Notes: generated by a model not told the origin, from the letters alone. A DNA stretch of 64,000 nucleotides from Candidatus Eiseniibacteriota bacterium (GCA_963762255.1 CAVXKA010000002.1:1-64000), one strand, 5' to 3'. Positions 51,957 through 61,952 are shown, counted from the first letter of the stretch. Numbers and translations are program-made.

Positions 51957-53156
51957 ATGACTCGATCGAGGACACGGGTCCGGGCCATGCTCTGGCTTGG
52001 GCTCGCCGCCCTGGTGTTGGCCTTTCCGGCCAAAGGGGCATACTCCATCCTGCGGTGGGGGGCGGCGGGCTGGTTTCCGGGCTACGTGGCCTGGCGGCTT
52101 GGTCCCCGCGAGACCGCTCCCGACTCCCTCACGCACGTCGTCTTCGTCATGGTCGACCACTACGAGCCGGGGACGGGCGCTCGCGGCACCACGGGGAGCC
52201 TGGAGTGGCTCGCGACCTTCCGGGCGATTTCGGATCGCCACCGCGACGCATCGGGGCGTCGCTTCCAGTATTCGTGGTTCTACCCGTACGACCACAAGAA
52301 CGCCGCGGTGCTGCAGCAGTTGAACCGGATGGTCTACGACGGGTACGGTGAGGTCGAGCTGCACTGGCACCACCCCGCGTCGGACAGCGCGACGTTTCCA
52401 GCGGAACTCGCCGAGGCGTTGGCGTGGTACCGGGGCTATGGCGCGCTGATCGCCGCCGACTCCTCGCGCACGCAGCAGTACGGTTTCGTCCACGGCAATT
52501 GGGCCTTGGACGGCTCCACGAAGCTCTGCGGGGTGACCGACGAGATCTCGCTCCTGGAGCGCAGCGGCTGCTTTGCCGACTTCACCTTCTCGACGATCGG
52601 CACCCCCGCGCAGCCGAGCCGTATCAACAGCCTCTACTACGCCACCGATACCCCCGCCCCCAAGTCCTACGACGACGGCGAGGTTGTCAGCGTGGGACAT
52701 CCGGTGGAGGGAAAGCTCCTGATCTTCGAAGGCCCCCTGGGCTTCGACTTCGGGCGCATGGCCCTCGAGTACGGCGCGGTGGAGGACTATGCGCTCCCCA
52801 CCCGCCGGCGGGCAGAGCGGTGGATCGATACGGGCATTCACGTGCGCGGGCGCCCGGAATGGGTGTTCGTAAAGGTCTACAGCCACGGCGCGCAGAGCGC
52901 GGAAGCGATACTGGGCGGTGGGATGGACCGCATGCTCGACGACCTGCGTTCGGTCTGCGCCGAGCGGCGTATGACGCTGCACTTCATGACCGCACGCGAG
53001 GCCTACAACGTGGTGAAGGCGGCCGAGGCCGGGCTCTCGGGCGATCCCGGGGCCTGGCGCGACTATCGCCTCCCCCCGCCCTACAACCGCGTGGTCGCCG
53101 TCCCCGACACCATCGCATCCGCCGACTCGGCTCTGGCTTTTGGCGGAGCGCCCTGA
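51957..53156 (+). CDS. conserved hypothetical exported protein, putative metal-dependent carbohydrate esterase/hydrolase fold
   Basis: N-terminal hydrophobic segment. Motifs VDHYEP, EVELHWHH, FVHGNWALD, ADFTF, FVKVYSHGA, LHFMTAREAYN. Confidence 0.65.
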   Translation: MTRSRTRVRAMLWLGLAALVLAFPAKGAYSILRWGAAGWFPGYVAWRLGPRETAPDSLTHVVFVMVDHYEPGTGARGTTGSLEWLATFRAISDRHRDASGRRFQYSWFYPYDHKNAAVLQQLNRMVYDGYGEVELHWHHPASDSATFPAELAEALAWYRGYGALIAADSSRTQQYGFVHGNWALDGSTKLCGVTDEISLLERSGCFADFTFSTIGTPAQPSRINSLYYATDTPAPKSYDDGEVVSVGHPVEGKLLIFEGPLGFDFGRMALEYGAVEDYALPTRRRAERWIDTGIHVRGRPEWVFVKVYSHGAQSAEAILGGGMDRMLDDLRSVCAERRMTLHFMTAREAYNVVKAAEAGLSGDPGAWRDYRLPPPYNRVVAVPDTIASADSALAFGGAP

Positions 53157-53159
53157 GCG

Positions 53160-54167
53160 ATGGCGGACGGCGCGCGCCCCCTGGTTCTCACCGACATTCC
53201 CGGTCAACCCGGCGGGTTCTGGGGTGAGCACACCACGCAGGTGGCGGCACCGAGGGTGAGCACTCTCTCTCGCCGGCTTCTCGGCAAGGGGGCCGCCGAC
53301 CGGATCACCGGCCTTGCGGTGGGGACCCTGCTCTTCCTGCGCCAGCGCCGGGCCCGCGCTCTGGTCACCGACGGAGCCACGGCCTCCGGCGTGCTGGCAA
53401 CACTGCAAACACTGTTCCCCTGGGGTCGGCGACCGCACGTCATGATCGCCCAACTTTACGTGCCGGCGTCGCGATGGGCGTACCGCGCCAAGCGTGTCCA
53501 ACTCGCCGTCATCGATCGCTCCGTGCACCGCTACGTGGTGTGGGCCTCGCACGAGATCGACGACTACCATGATGCCTTCGGTCTTCCCAAGGACAAGATG
53601 CGCTACGTACCGTTCCACACCACGCTGGACGGCTACGCCTACCGCGTGCGCGACGGCGGATACATCTTCGCCGGTGGCAACTACGATCGGGACTACCGCA
53701 CCCTGGTGGAAGCGGTGCGAAGGATCGACTTCCCGGTGTGGATCGCCACGACCCGCCCCGAGCAGCTCGATGGTGTGCCGATTCCGCCGCACGTACGCGT
53801 GGCGGGAACGACCCACGAGGGCTTTCGGGACGCCATGGCAGGGGCGACGGCCGTGGTCGTGCCGATGCAGAAGGGGCTTCTCCATTCCGGCGGCCAGCAG
53901 ACGCTTCTCAACGCCCTCGCCATGGGCAAGCCGGTGATCGCGGTGGGCGCGCGCTGGGCCGCGGACTGCATGACCTCGGGCGAGCACGGGCTCGCGGTGG
54001 ACTACGGGGATGTGGAGGGCCTCCAGAAGGCGATCCGCTGGGTGCTGGAGCATCCCGAGGAGGCGCGGGCGATGGCCGCCCGCGGGCGCGAGCGCGCGGC
54101 CTCGTTCACCACCCGCCGCTCGATGGAGGCTGTCTACCGCCTCGCGCTGAGGGAGGATCCGTCGTGA
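53160..54167 (+). CDS. GT4-like glycosyltransferase
   Basis: FAGGNYDRDY.TL, VVVP, GQQTLLNALAMGKPVI, GT-B C-terminus. Confidence 0.85.
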   Translation: MADGARPLVLTDIPGQPGGFWGEHTTQVAAPRVSTLSRRLLGKGAADRITGLAVGTLLFLRQRRARALVTDGATASGVLATLQTLFPWGRRPHVMIAQLYVPASRWAYRAKRVQLAVIDRSVHRYVVWASHEIDDYHDAFGLPKDKMRYVPFHTTLDGYAYRVRDGGYIFAGGNYDRDYRTLVEAVRRIDFPVWIATTRPEQLDGVPIPPHVRVAGTTHEGFRDAMAGATAVVVPMQKGLLHSGGQQTLLNALAMGKPVIAVGARWAADCMTSGEHGLAVDYGDVEGLQKAIRWVLEHPEEARAMAARGRERAASFTTRRSMEAVYRLALREDPS

Positions 54168-55291
54168 GCCCGATCACGGTGGCCGAGTTCCGCTCCACCC
54201 ACACCACCGCCGGTGGCCCGGACAAGACCATCCTGTTCTCGGCAGCCGCCCACAATCCGGCGCGCGTGCGTGTCGTGCCGTTCTTCCTCGTGCCGCGCGG
54301 TGACGACGCCCCGGGGCTGCGGGATCTGGCGCGCGCGAGCGGCGTGGAGCCGGTCATGATCCCCGACGGAGGGCCGTTCGATTTCGCGCTTCTCTCGCGG
54401 ATGCAGCGGGAGCTGCGCGAGCGCGGCTGTCGCGTATTGCACACCCACGACTTCAAGACCGACGTGTTGGGGCTCTGGCTCGCGCGCCGCGTGCGAGGGC
54501 TGAGTCTTCTCGCGACCGCGCACGGCTGGTCCAACCTCCTGACGCGGCGCCAGAGGCTCTATCACGCCGCCGATGAGTGGGCGCTGCGCCGGTATCCACT
54601 CGTGGTGGCGGTCGCCGAGGCCACGGCGGTGAAGCTACGGGGCATCGGTGTGCGCGACGACCGGATCGTCGTGGTGCCGAACGGCGTCGACACGGCGCGG
54701 TGGCGCCCGCGCGCGACGCCGGATCCGCCGCCGCCTGGACTGCCGGCAGGGCGCCGCTTCGTGGGAACGGTGGGGCGCCTCTCCATCGACAAGGACATGG
54801 ACACGTTGCTCGCCGCGTTCGCCGCGATCGCGCCCGCGTACGCGGACGTGGATCTTCTGGTGATCGGGGAGGGCCCCGAGCGTCCCGCGCTCGAGCGGCG
54901 GGCGGCGGCGGGCGGTCTTGGGGAGCGCGTTCGCTTCCTCGGCCACCGCGGCGACACCGCGGACCTCTACGCGGCGATGGATGCTTTCGTGCTCTCTTCG
55001 CGCACCGAGGGAATGCCCAACACGCTCCTCGAGGCGATGGCGATGGGATGCCCGTGCGTGGTCACCCCGGTGGGTGGTGTGGCCGAAATCGCGCGAGACG
55101 GCGTGGAGGCGCTCTTCGTGCCACCGGGTGACGCGGGCGCGATGGCGGCGGCGTTGGGACGCGTGCTCACGGACGCGGCGCTTCGGGAATCCTTGGGGCG
55201 CGCGGCGCGCGTCCGCGTGGAGGGCGCCTTCTCGTTCGCGCGGCGGGTGAGGCGGATGGAGGAGATCTACGAGGGGCTCGCCCGCGTCTGA
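54164..55291 (+). CDS. GT4 glycosyltransferase
   Basis: GGPDKTIL, HTHDFKTD, TAHGW, VPNGVD, VGRLSIDK, EGMPNTLLEAMAMG. Confidence 0.93.
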   Translation: MSPITVAEFRSTHTTAGGPDKTILFSAAAHNPARVRVVPFFLVPRGDDAPGLRDLARASGVEPVMIPDGGPFDFALLSRMQRELRERGCRVLHTHDFKTDVLGLWLARRVRGLSLLATAHGWSNLLTRRQRLYHAADEWALRRYPLVVAVAEATAVKLRGIGVRDDRIVVVPNGVDTARWRPRATPDPPPPGLPAGRRFVGTVGRLSIDKDMDTLLAAFAAIAPAYADVDLLVIGEGPERPALERRAAAGGLGERVRFLGHRGDTADLYAAMDAFVLSSRTEGMPNTLLEAMAMGCPCVVTPVGGVAEIARDGVEALFVPPGDAGAMAAALGRVLTDAALRESLGRAARVRVEGAFSFARRVRRMEEIYEGLARV

Positions 55292-55316
55292 TCCTCGGGT
55301 GACCTGCGCGCAGTGG

Positions 55317-56672
55317 CTACGCGCGACCCGCCCGCGCGTGCGAGACCACGAACTTGTGCTTGCCGCTGGGCGCGGGCGGGATGGACTCCACCACGCGGAC
55401 GCGCGCCGCCACGGAGGCGCCGACGAGCCTCGCGACCCCCGATTCGATCGCGGCGAGATCGGGCGGCGGCCCGGTCGGATCGCGCTCCACGAGGATCTCG
55501 ATCGCCTCGGCGCGCTCCTGCACGACCTGGAAGCGGCGCACCCCGGCGAGATCGTAGAAGAGGTGGCTGAAGACCTCGCCGTGGAGCGTACGGCCGTCCG
55601 GGGTAACGATGAAATCGCTTTCGCGTCCCACCAGCCGCGTCAGCCGCGCGAATGAACGCCCGCATGGACACGGACTGTCCGCCGCCACCGCGAGATCGCC
55701 GGTGGCGTAGCGCAAGAGCGGCATCGCGCTGTTGACGAGGTCGGTCACCACGACCTCGCCCGTCACGCCGGGCGCGCAGCGGCGTCCCTCGGCGTCCACC
55801 ACCTCCACGATGCGCCCGTACTCGAGAACGTGCAGTCCCGATAGGGTGGGGCATTCCGCGGCGAGGTTGTTGATCTCGCGACAGCCATAGAAATCGTGGA
55901 CGGGAGCGCCGAAAGCCCGGCCGATGCGCTCGCGCGCGGCGGGATGGAGCACTTCGGCGCTGGAGCGGACGGCGCGCGGGCGGATGCCGGTCATGTTGCG
56001 CGCGAGGAGGAAGCCGGCGAAGAGGTCGAGCACCCCCGCGTAGCCCACCACGTACTCGGGCCGCCAGCGCGTCAGCATATCGGCGAATTCCGCCATGCGC
56101 GCCTCTGTGAGGCGGAACGCGTTCAGCGCGCGGAAGCGGTGGAGGCGTTGAGCGAACCGTTCCTTCGCGGAGAATTCCGTGAACTCCCGGTCGGCTCCCC
56201 AGAGCGCGGCAGTGCGATCGCCGGGTGCCACATTCCACCATGCTTGCACGAGCATCTCGGCCGCGACGCCGTGATCGTGATAGCGATCGTCCTGATAAAA
56301 GGTCACCGGCTCGCCGGTGGAGCCGCCCGTAGCGTTGAGGCGCAGCGTCCCGCGCGGCGTGCCCGCTGGGACCATCGCCTCACGGTCCTGCTGCAGCTCG
56401 CGACGGCGGATCGGCGCCAGTTGTACGAGCGCCTCCAGCGACGGCACCGGACCGTGCGCGAGGCCGGCCGCCCGCAGTCGCTCGGCGGTGGCGGGAGCGC
56501 GCCACGCACGCTGCAGCAGGGCGTTGAGTCGCTCGAGCTGCTTTGCGGCGACGATCTGCGGCGAGGCCCACTGCAGACGGTTCATCTCCGCCAGCATGGC
56601 GGGAGCGCGGCTCCCCTTGCGCAGGAGGTTCAGGCGGTAGTACGCGCCGTACGCAGAGCGATAGAGGCTCAT
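55317..56672 (-). CDS. phenylacetate-CoA ligase-like / CapK-family adenylate-forming enzyme
   Basis: TGGSTGEP, SSAEVL, DFYGCRE, ECP...GLH, TDLVNSAMPLLRYATGD, GRESD, FQVVQ, IPPAPSGK. Confidence 0.88.
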   Translation of the reverse strand: MSLYRSAYGAYYRLNLLRKGSRAPAMLAEMNRLQWASPQIVAAKQLERLNALLQRAWRAPATAERLRAAGLAHGPVPSLEALVQLAPIRRRELQQDREAMVPAGTPRGTLRLNATGGSTGEPVTFYQDDRYHDHGVAAEMLVQAWWNVAPGDRTAALWGADREFTEFSAKERFAQRLHRFRALNAFRLTEARMAEFADMLTRWRPEYVVGYAGVLDLFAGFLLARNMTGIRPRAVRSSAEVLHPAARERIGRAFGAPVHDFYGCREINNLAAECPTLSGLHVLEYGRIVEVVDAEGRRCAPGVTGEVVVTDLVNSAMPLLRYATGDLAVAADSPCPCGRSFARLTRLVGRESDFIVTPDGRTLHGEVFSHLFYDLAGVRRFQVVQERAEAIEILVERDPTGPPPDLAAIESGVARLVGASVAARVRVVESIPPAPSGKHKFVVSHARAGRA

Positions 56673-58204
56673 GATGCCGCCGCAGCGGTTCGGCGGCGAA
56701 GGCCGCCGAGGAACGCGAGCACGGCGCCGCGCTCTCCTCCGCGCAGCGCGAAGAACCAGACCCCCAGAGCGTAGGCGACCCCGCCGGTCAGAGCGTAGAC
56801 GACCAGACGCGGGTAATCGACGGCCTCGTGCAGCCGGCGAAGCCCGAAGAGCACAGCCGCGAAAAGGAGAGCGGCAGGAGCAAAGGTGAGCACGGTGCGG
56901 CGCAGGTGCTCCCAGGCGCCGAGCCCGAGCACCCGCAAGGAGAGAAAGAGCCAGGCGATCTCGGTGAAACCGCGGATGAGGAGCACGGAAAGACCCACCC
57001 CGGTCACGCCCGCGACCTTGGCGAGGAGGATGGTGAGCGGCACGCCGAGCACGGCGATGGAGAGCGTGAGCACCGCGGGCCAGCCGTGACGGTTCATACT
57101 CATCAAGAGGCGGCTCGAGTTGGGGGAGACGGCCTCGACGAGGAGCGCGGCACCCAGGCAGCGGATCACCCACGCCCCCTGCTCGGCGTATGCGGGCCCG
57201 ATCCAACGCGCGATGAAGGGGCCGCCAAGCCCCAGCATGCCCACGGCCATTCCGACCATCACGAACTGCAGCGCGCGGGTCGCGTTGAACCAGGCCTCTA
57301 ACGTCGCCGCGCGATCCCCCTTGCCGTCGAGCGCGCTGAAGTACGGCATGAGGGGAAAGCCCAGCGCGGCGCCGAGCCCGGCTGCATACAGGGCGAGACG
57401 GTTGGGGATCGCATAGAAGACGATCTGCCCCGCGCCCAGGATCCAGCCCATGATGATCGGCACCGATCCCGCCGCCACCCGGCCCGAGACCATCATCACC
57501 ATGCTCTTCATCCCGAAGGCATAGAGCTCGCGGATCATGTCCCGGTTCACGTGAGCGAGGCGGATTGACGGTGCCGGCTTGCGGGCGAGGCTCCACACTG
57601 CGAAGAAGCCGAACTGGAGGATGTTGGCTCCGAGCAGGATTGCGGAGAGCCAGACGAGTCCCGAGCCGGACCACCGCGTCAGCGCCACGTAGGTCACCGC
57701 GGCCTGTACCACCGCGAGGAAGACGCGAGCACCGTTCATGACGTAGTGGCGCTGCATTCCCATGAGGTAGGCGGTGAACGCGGTCCCGGAGAGTTGCACG
57801 AAGAAGTTGGCGCTGAGGAGGAGCGCCAGGAGCCTCACCTCCGGCACCGCCGCCGGATCGATGTTGAGGAGCCGGTGCGGCGAAAGGAGGAGGACGTTGG
57901 CGGCGAGAAAGCCGAAGAGGCCGGCACCAGCGAGCACGGCGAGCGCGGAACTGACCACCCGATTCATGGTTTCGCGGTCGTCCTGCGCGGCGGCGCGGGC
58001 GACGAAGCGGATGAACGCGGGCCCCACGCCCAGCTCCAGTATCGAGAGGTAGCCGAAGACGCTGAGGAAGATCTCCCACACGCCGTAGCCTCGGTCGCCC
58101 AGTTCGCGGACGACGACCGGGCTCAAGGCGAAGGCGATGACGAGGTTGACGCCGAAGAGCACGGCGCCCGAAACCGAGTTGGTGAAGACCTGCCGCTTTC
58201 TCAT
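56669..58204 (-). CDS. wzx: Wzx-type oligosaccharide flippase (MOP superfamily)
   Basis: About 14 TMs. SPVVVRELGDRGYGVW, LELGVGPAFIRFVA, LYAFG, IARWIGPAY. Confidence 0.88.
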   Translation of the reverse strand: MRKRQVFTNSVSGAVLFGVNLVIAFALSPVVVRELGDRGYGVWEIFLSVFGYLSILELGVGPAFIRFVARAAAQDDRETMNRVVSSALAVLAGAGLFGFLAANVLLLSPHRLLNIDPAAVPEVRLLALLLSANFFVQLSGTAFTAYLMGMQRHYVMNGARVFLAVVQAAVTYVALTRWSGSGLVWLSAILLGANILQFGFFAVWSLARKPAPSIRLAHVNRDMIRELYAFGMKSMVMMVSGRVAAGSVPIIMGWILGAGQIVFYAIPNRLALYAAGLGAALGFPLMPYFSALDGKGDRAATLEAWFNATRALQFVMVGMAVGMLGLGGPFIARWIGPAYAEQGAWVIRCLGAALLVEAVSPNSSRLLMSMNRHGWPAVLTLSIAVLGVPLTILLAKVAGVTGVGLSVLLIRGFTEIAWLFLSLRVLGLGAWEHLRRTVLTFAPAALLFAAVLFGLRRLHEAVDYPRLVVYALTGGVAYALGVWFFALRGGERGAVLAFLGGLRRRTAAAAS

Positions 58205-58335
58205 GCCACGGTTATCGGTGCTTGCCTCGCCTCGGTTTGGCTCCCTCTTGCCGGATGGGAGAGGCCATCTTACGACGCGACGGCGGGGATTGCGAGCGGC
58301 GACCCCCACACCGTAGAGTAACGCTCGGATTGAAC

Positions 58336-59712
58336 ATGAACCTCACCCAGCGGCTTCTCGACGTCCTTGCCCCGACCGTCCTCGATCCACTGGATCGATG
58401 GCGGCGCGGTGACCATTCCTCTTCGTTCGTAAAGGATGTGGAGCGGACGCTCGCCCTTCCCGCGGACCGCATCCGGGATCACCAACTCGCGCGGCTCCGC
58501 GCGGTCGCCGACCACGCGAATCGCCATACGCGCTTCTACGCCGGGCGCTTCGCCGAGGCCGGCATCGAGCGTCCCGGCGAGATGGGATGGTCGGATCTCG
58601 CGCGGCTCCCGTTCTTGACCCGGGAGGAGATGCGGTCCCGGGGCGAGGATCTCACGAGCGACGCCTTCCCGATCTCCGCGTGCGTGGCCTCGGCCACCGG
58701 GGGTACGATTTCATCTCCGGTCCGGTTCCTCCTCGACACGGGATCCTACTGGCGCCGCTGGGCGACCACGCAGGCCTTCGACCGCCAACTTGGCCATCGC
58801 CCCGGACTTCGCATGGTCTACCTCTGGGGCGCGCGGCAGGACATGCCCGCGCGTGAAACAGTGAAGAGACGCCTGCGCTCCGCGCTCGTGACGCGCACGA
58901 AGTACTACCCGTCGGCACTCCTCGACGACGCCGTCTTCGAGAGCTATGCGCGCGACCTGGCGGCGTTTCGCCCGCGGCTGCTCCAGGGCTACCCCACGCC
59001 GCTCGCCCTCTTCGCGGAATTCCTCCTGCGTCGCGGGATTCGCCCCGAGGTGGGGGCGGTCTCCTGCACCGCGGAGCCGCTCCTGGCCCCGCAGAGAGAC
59101 ACCATCCGCGCAGCCTTCGGCCGCGAACCCTTCAACTGGTACGGAGCGCGAGAGTGCGGCCGCATCGCCATGGAATGCGAGCGCCATGACGGTTTGCACC
59201 TGAACGTGTACGGCTTGCACGTGGAGGTGCTGCCGCTTCCCGGGATGATCGATCCCGGGCTCGGCGAGGTCGTCGTCACCGACCTCTGGAACCTCGCTTT
59301 CCCCCTGATCCGCTACCGCACCGGGGACCTCGCCCGGCTCGATCCTTCGCCGTGCCCCTGCGGCCTGTCGACCCAGCGTCTGCGGGACATCGTGGGCCGG
59401 ACCGCCGACGTCTTCGTGAACTCCCGCGGCCAGCGCGTGCCGGGAGTGGTGTTGCCGAGCAGGCTCGTCGCCGAGGGGAGCCGAGTGCGCGCGATGCAGA
59501 TCCTGCAGCACGCCGTCGGGCGGTTCGAAGTCCTCGTGGTTCCAGGCGCGCAGTACGACGATGGCGTCGAGGCGTGGCTGCGTGAACGCCTCGCTTCATA
59601 CATGAACGAAGAGATCGATCTCACCGTGCGCGTCGTAGAGAGGATCCCCGTCGAACCCTCCGGCAAGGCCCGATTCGCGAAGAACCTGATGCTCCCTGGC
59701 GCTACTCACTGA
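58336..59712 (+). CDS. second phenylacetate-CoA ligase-like / CapK-family adenylate-forming enzyme
   Basis: LPFLTRE, TGGTISSP, GYPT, CTAEPL, WYGARE, TDLWNLAFPLIRYRTGD, GRTAD, IPVEPSGK. Confidence 0.88.
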   Translation: MNLTQRLLDVLAPTVLDPLDRWRRGDHSSSFVKDVERTLALPADRIRDHQLARLRAVADHANRHTRFYAGRFAEAGIERPGEMGWSDLARLPFLTREEMRSRGEDLTSDAFPISACVASATGGTISSPVRFLLDTGSYWRRWATTQAFDRQLGHRPGLRMVYLWGARQDMPARETVKRRLRSALVTRTKYYPSALLDDAVFESYARDLAAFRPRLLQGYPTPLALFAEFLLRRGIRPEVGAVSCTAEPLLAPQRDTIRAAFGREPFNWYGARECGRIAMECERHDGLHLNVYGLHVEVLPLPGMIDPGLGEVVVTDLWNLAFPLIRYRTGDLARLDPSPCPCGLSTQRLRDIVGRTADVFVNSRGQRVPGVVLPSRLVAEGSRVRAMQILQHAVGRFEVLVVPGAQYDDGVEAWLRERLASYMNEEIDLTVRVVERIPVEPSGKARFAKNLMLPGATH

Positions 59713-59766
59713 TCCCTGCGCGTTTTCGGCATCCTCCGATCGGGGATGCGATCCATGAGGCTTCCC

Positions 59767-60722
59767 TCAGGGTGTCACCCGCGGGGAGCGACTCCGGACG
59801 GGAAGCAGTGCCTTCAGGATGGCCAGCGGGACCTCCGGATTGGTTCTTCGGTAGCGAAGGCTGGTCAGATAGTGCCGGATGGCTCGCAGGCGACTTCCCT
59901 CAATCTTGTGACGGTAGCCCACCGCGAAGTGCAGGGTGGAGAGCCAACTCCGGAGGTTGCGACGCGCCGTCGGCGTCAGGGGACCCTGCTGGAGCCGCTC
60001 GGCCATCCGGAGGATGTCCTGCAGACTTCTCATGCTCGAGGACATGTTCGAGGGGTGTAGGCGACGACGGAAATACTCCCGGTCGATGTAGGCGACGTCA
60101 TTCTCGCGGCAGACGCGGATCCAATACTCGAGGTCCTCGCCGCACGTCAGCCCCTCGTCGAAGAACCCGATCTGCTCAACGAGCGATCGGCGCATCATCA
60201 CGCCGCATGTGCCGATGAAATTGTCGAGCATGAGGGTCTCGAATGCGCGGTCGGCCGGGATGCGATACCAGGCCTCGCCGAGCGGCCGACGCTCCATGGC
60301 ATGGAATCGCGCGTGGTCCGCCAGGAAGTCCCGCGCTGCGTCCCCGCCGTCCGTGAAATTCCGGGAGTTCGTGAAGCAGAAGGAGACGTCCGGATGTCCG
60401 TCCAAGAGGGCGCACTGCTCGTGAAGCTTGCCGGGCAGCATGATGTCGTCTGAATCGAGGAAGGCGATATATTCCCCCCCGCCCGCCGGATGCCGGCGTT
60501 GCGCGGGGCAGCCCCCCCCCCGGTGTTGGCCGGGAGGGTGAGGGAGACGATACGGTCCCGATACGACTCGAGGACGCGGGGGGTCTCATCGGTCGACGCA
60601 TCATCGATCACGATGACTTCGATGCCGTCCACCCCCTCCTGGGTCAGCACGGAGTCGATCGCCTCGGGGAGATACGGGGCATTGTTGTAAGCCGCTATGA
60701 TGACGCTGATCTTTGGAGTCAT
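59767..60722 (-). CDS. GT2 glycosyltransferase (one frameshift in a G7 run near 60474-60480)
   Basis: ISVIIAAYN, IDDASTD, RNAGI; after the shift, GEYIAFLDSDD, GFFDEGL, EDLEYWIR. Confidence 0.88.
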
Positions 60723-61031
60723 CGCCCTGTCGAGCCCTCGCGGTAGTCCATTCCGAGCAGGACCGCACCTCTCGCCCCCACGGAACATGAACGGTCGAAG
60801 GCTCGGAGTCTGCGAGCGACATTGTATCTCCGGAGGGTGCGGCGCGCGAGTCCGGTTGCGCGGGATGAGATCCCCTGCGCAATCGATCCGGGGATGGAGG
60901 CGCGCAAGCGCCGATTTCGGCGCCTGGACGTGCATCTCCGCCACGAACCCGCTACGATCCTGATCGCTCGAATGCCCATGGAGACCGGATCGGACTCTCG
61001 GCCTCCCGGCCGGCGCGGAAAGGGTAACGTC

Positions 61032-61952
61032 ATGCCTGCGGTCTCGATAGTCATGCCCGCCCACAATGCCGGGCCGTACATAGCCGAGTCGATCCAATCC
61101 GTTCTGCGCCAGACGTTCGACGATTGGGAGCTCATCATTGTGGATGACGATTCCTGCGACGACACCGACAAGGAAGTCGCCCGCTTCCTGTCGGACGGGC
61201 GAATCACCTTCCTGCGACAGAAGCGTGGCGGTCCGGCGGTTGCAAGGAACCGCGCGATCCGGGCTGCGAGTGGAGACTTCATCGCATTCCTCGACTCCGA
61301 CGACCTCTGGTTGCCGGACAAGCTGGAGAAGCAGCTCGAGCAGTTTCGGAAGCATCCCGATGTCGGCGTATGCGGCACCGGAATGAGGGTGATCGATCCC
61401 GAAGGAACCGTCATCCGGGACGATGCAGGCTCGGAGCGGTGCGGAGCCGCCTTGCCCGACCTCCTGGCGGGCCGGTTCACCGTTCCGATGTCGTCGGCCA
61501 TGATCCGACGCGAAGTGCTGGATCGCGCCGGGCCGTTCGATGAGGACGTCCTTCTCTCGGAGGATTTCGAGCTATGGCTCCGTGTCGCGCTGCAATGTCC
61601 CTTCCGGATCATGGCGGAACCGTTGTTGCTGTACCGGGTCGGTCACTCGAACATATCGGGAACGCGGAGCGACGAGCGGCGGGAATACGTGATGCGGGTC
61701 ATTGTTCCGCGGTTCCTTGGATTGCCCACGGCGTCCATGTATGTATTGCCGCGGCACGTCCGGGAGCTACGAAGCCGATGCTTCAAGAACAGGGCTGACG
61801 AAAAGGCGGCCTGGCTCCCGGGAGTCTACTGGTACGTCCGGTCGTTGATGTGTCGGCCGCTGTACGTCGAAGCATGGGAGGCGTTGGCCGTGCGATTGCT
61901 TCCGAGATTCGTCGCGGAACGGGCTAGATCGGTCGCGCGGAGACGCCGTTGA
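61032..61952 (+). CDS. GT2 glycosyltransferase
   Basis: VSIVMPAHN, ELIIVDD, ARNRAI, FIAFLDSDDLW, EDFELWLR. Confidence 0.92.
   Translation: MPAVSIVMPAHNAGPYIAESIQSVLRQTFDDWELIIVDDDSCDDTDKEVARFLSDGRITFLRQKRGGPAVARNRAIRAASGDFIAFLDSDDLWLPDKLEKQLEQFRKHPDVGVCGTGMRVIDPEGTVIRDDAGSERCGAALPDLLAGRFTVPMSSAMIRREVLDRAGPFDEDVLLSEDFELWLRVALQCPFRIMAEPLLLYRVGHSNISGTRSDERREYVMRVIVPRFLGLPTASMYVLPRHVRELRSRCFKNRADEKAAWLPGVYWYVRSLMCRPLYVEAWEALAVRLLPRFVAERARSVARRRR

Noticed and set aside
55317-58079. 920-aa ORF as a giant ligase fusion
   Set aside because: The upstream half is the off-frame shadow of the flippase. The ligase starts at 56672.
55317-59712. Phenylacetate catabolism (paaK)
   Set aside because: No paaABCDE or beta-oxidation genes are present, and the context is entirely glycan biosynthesis.
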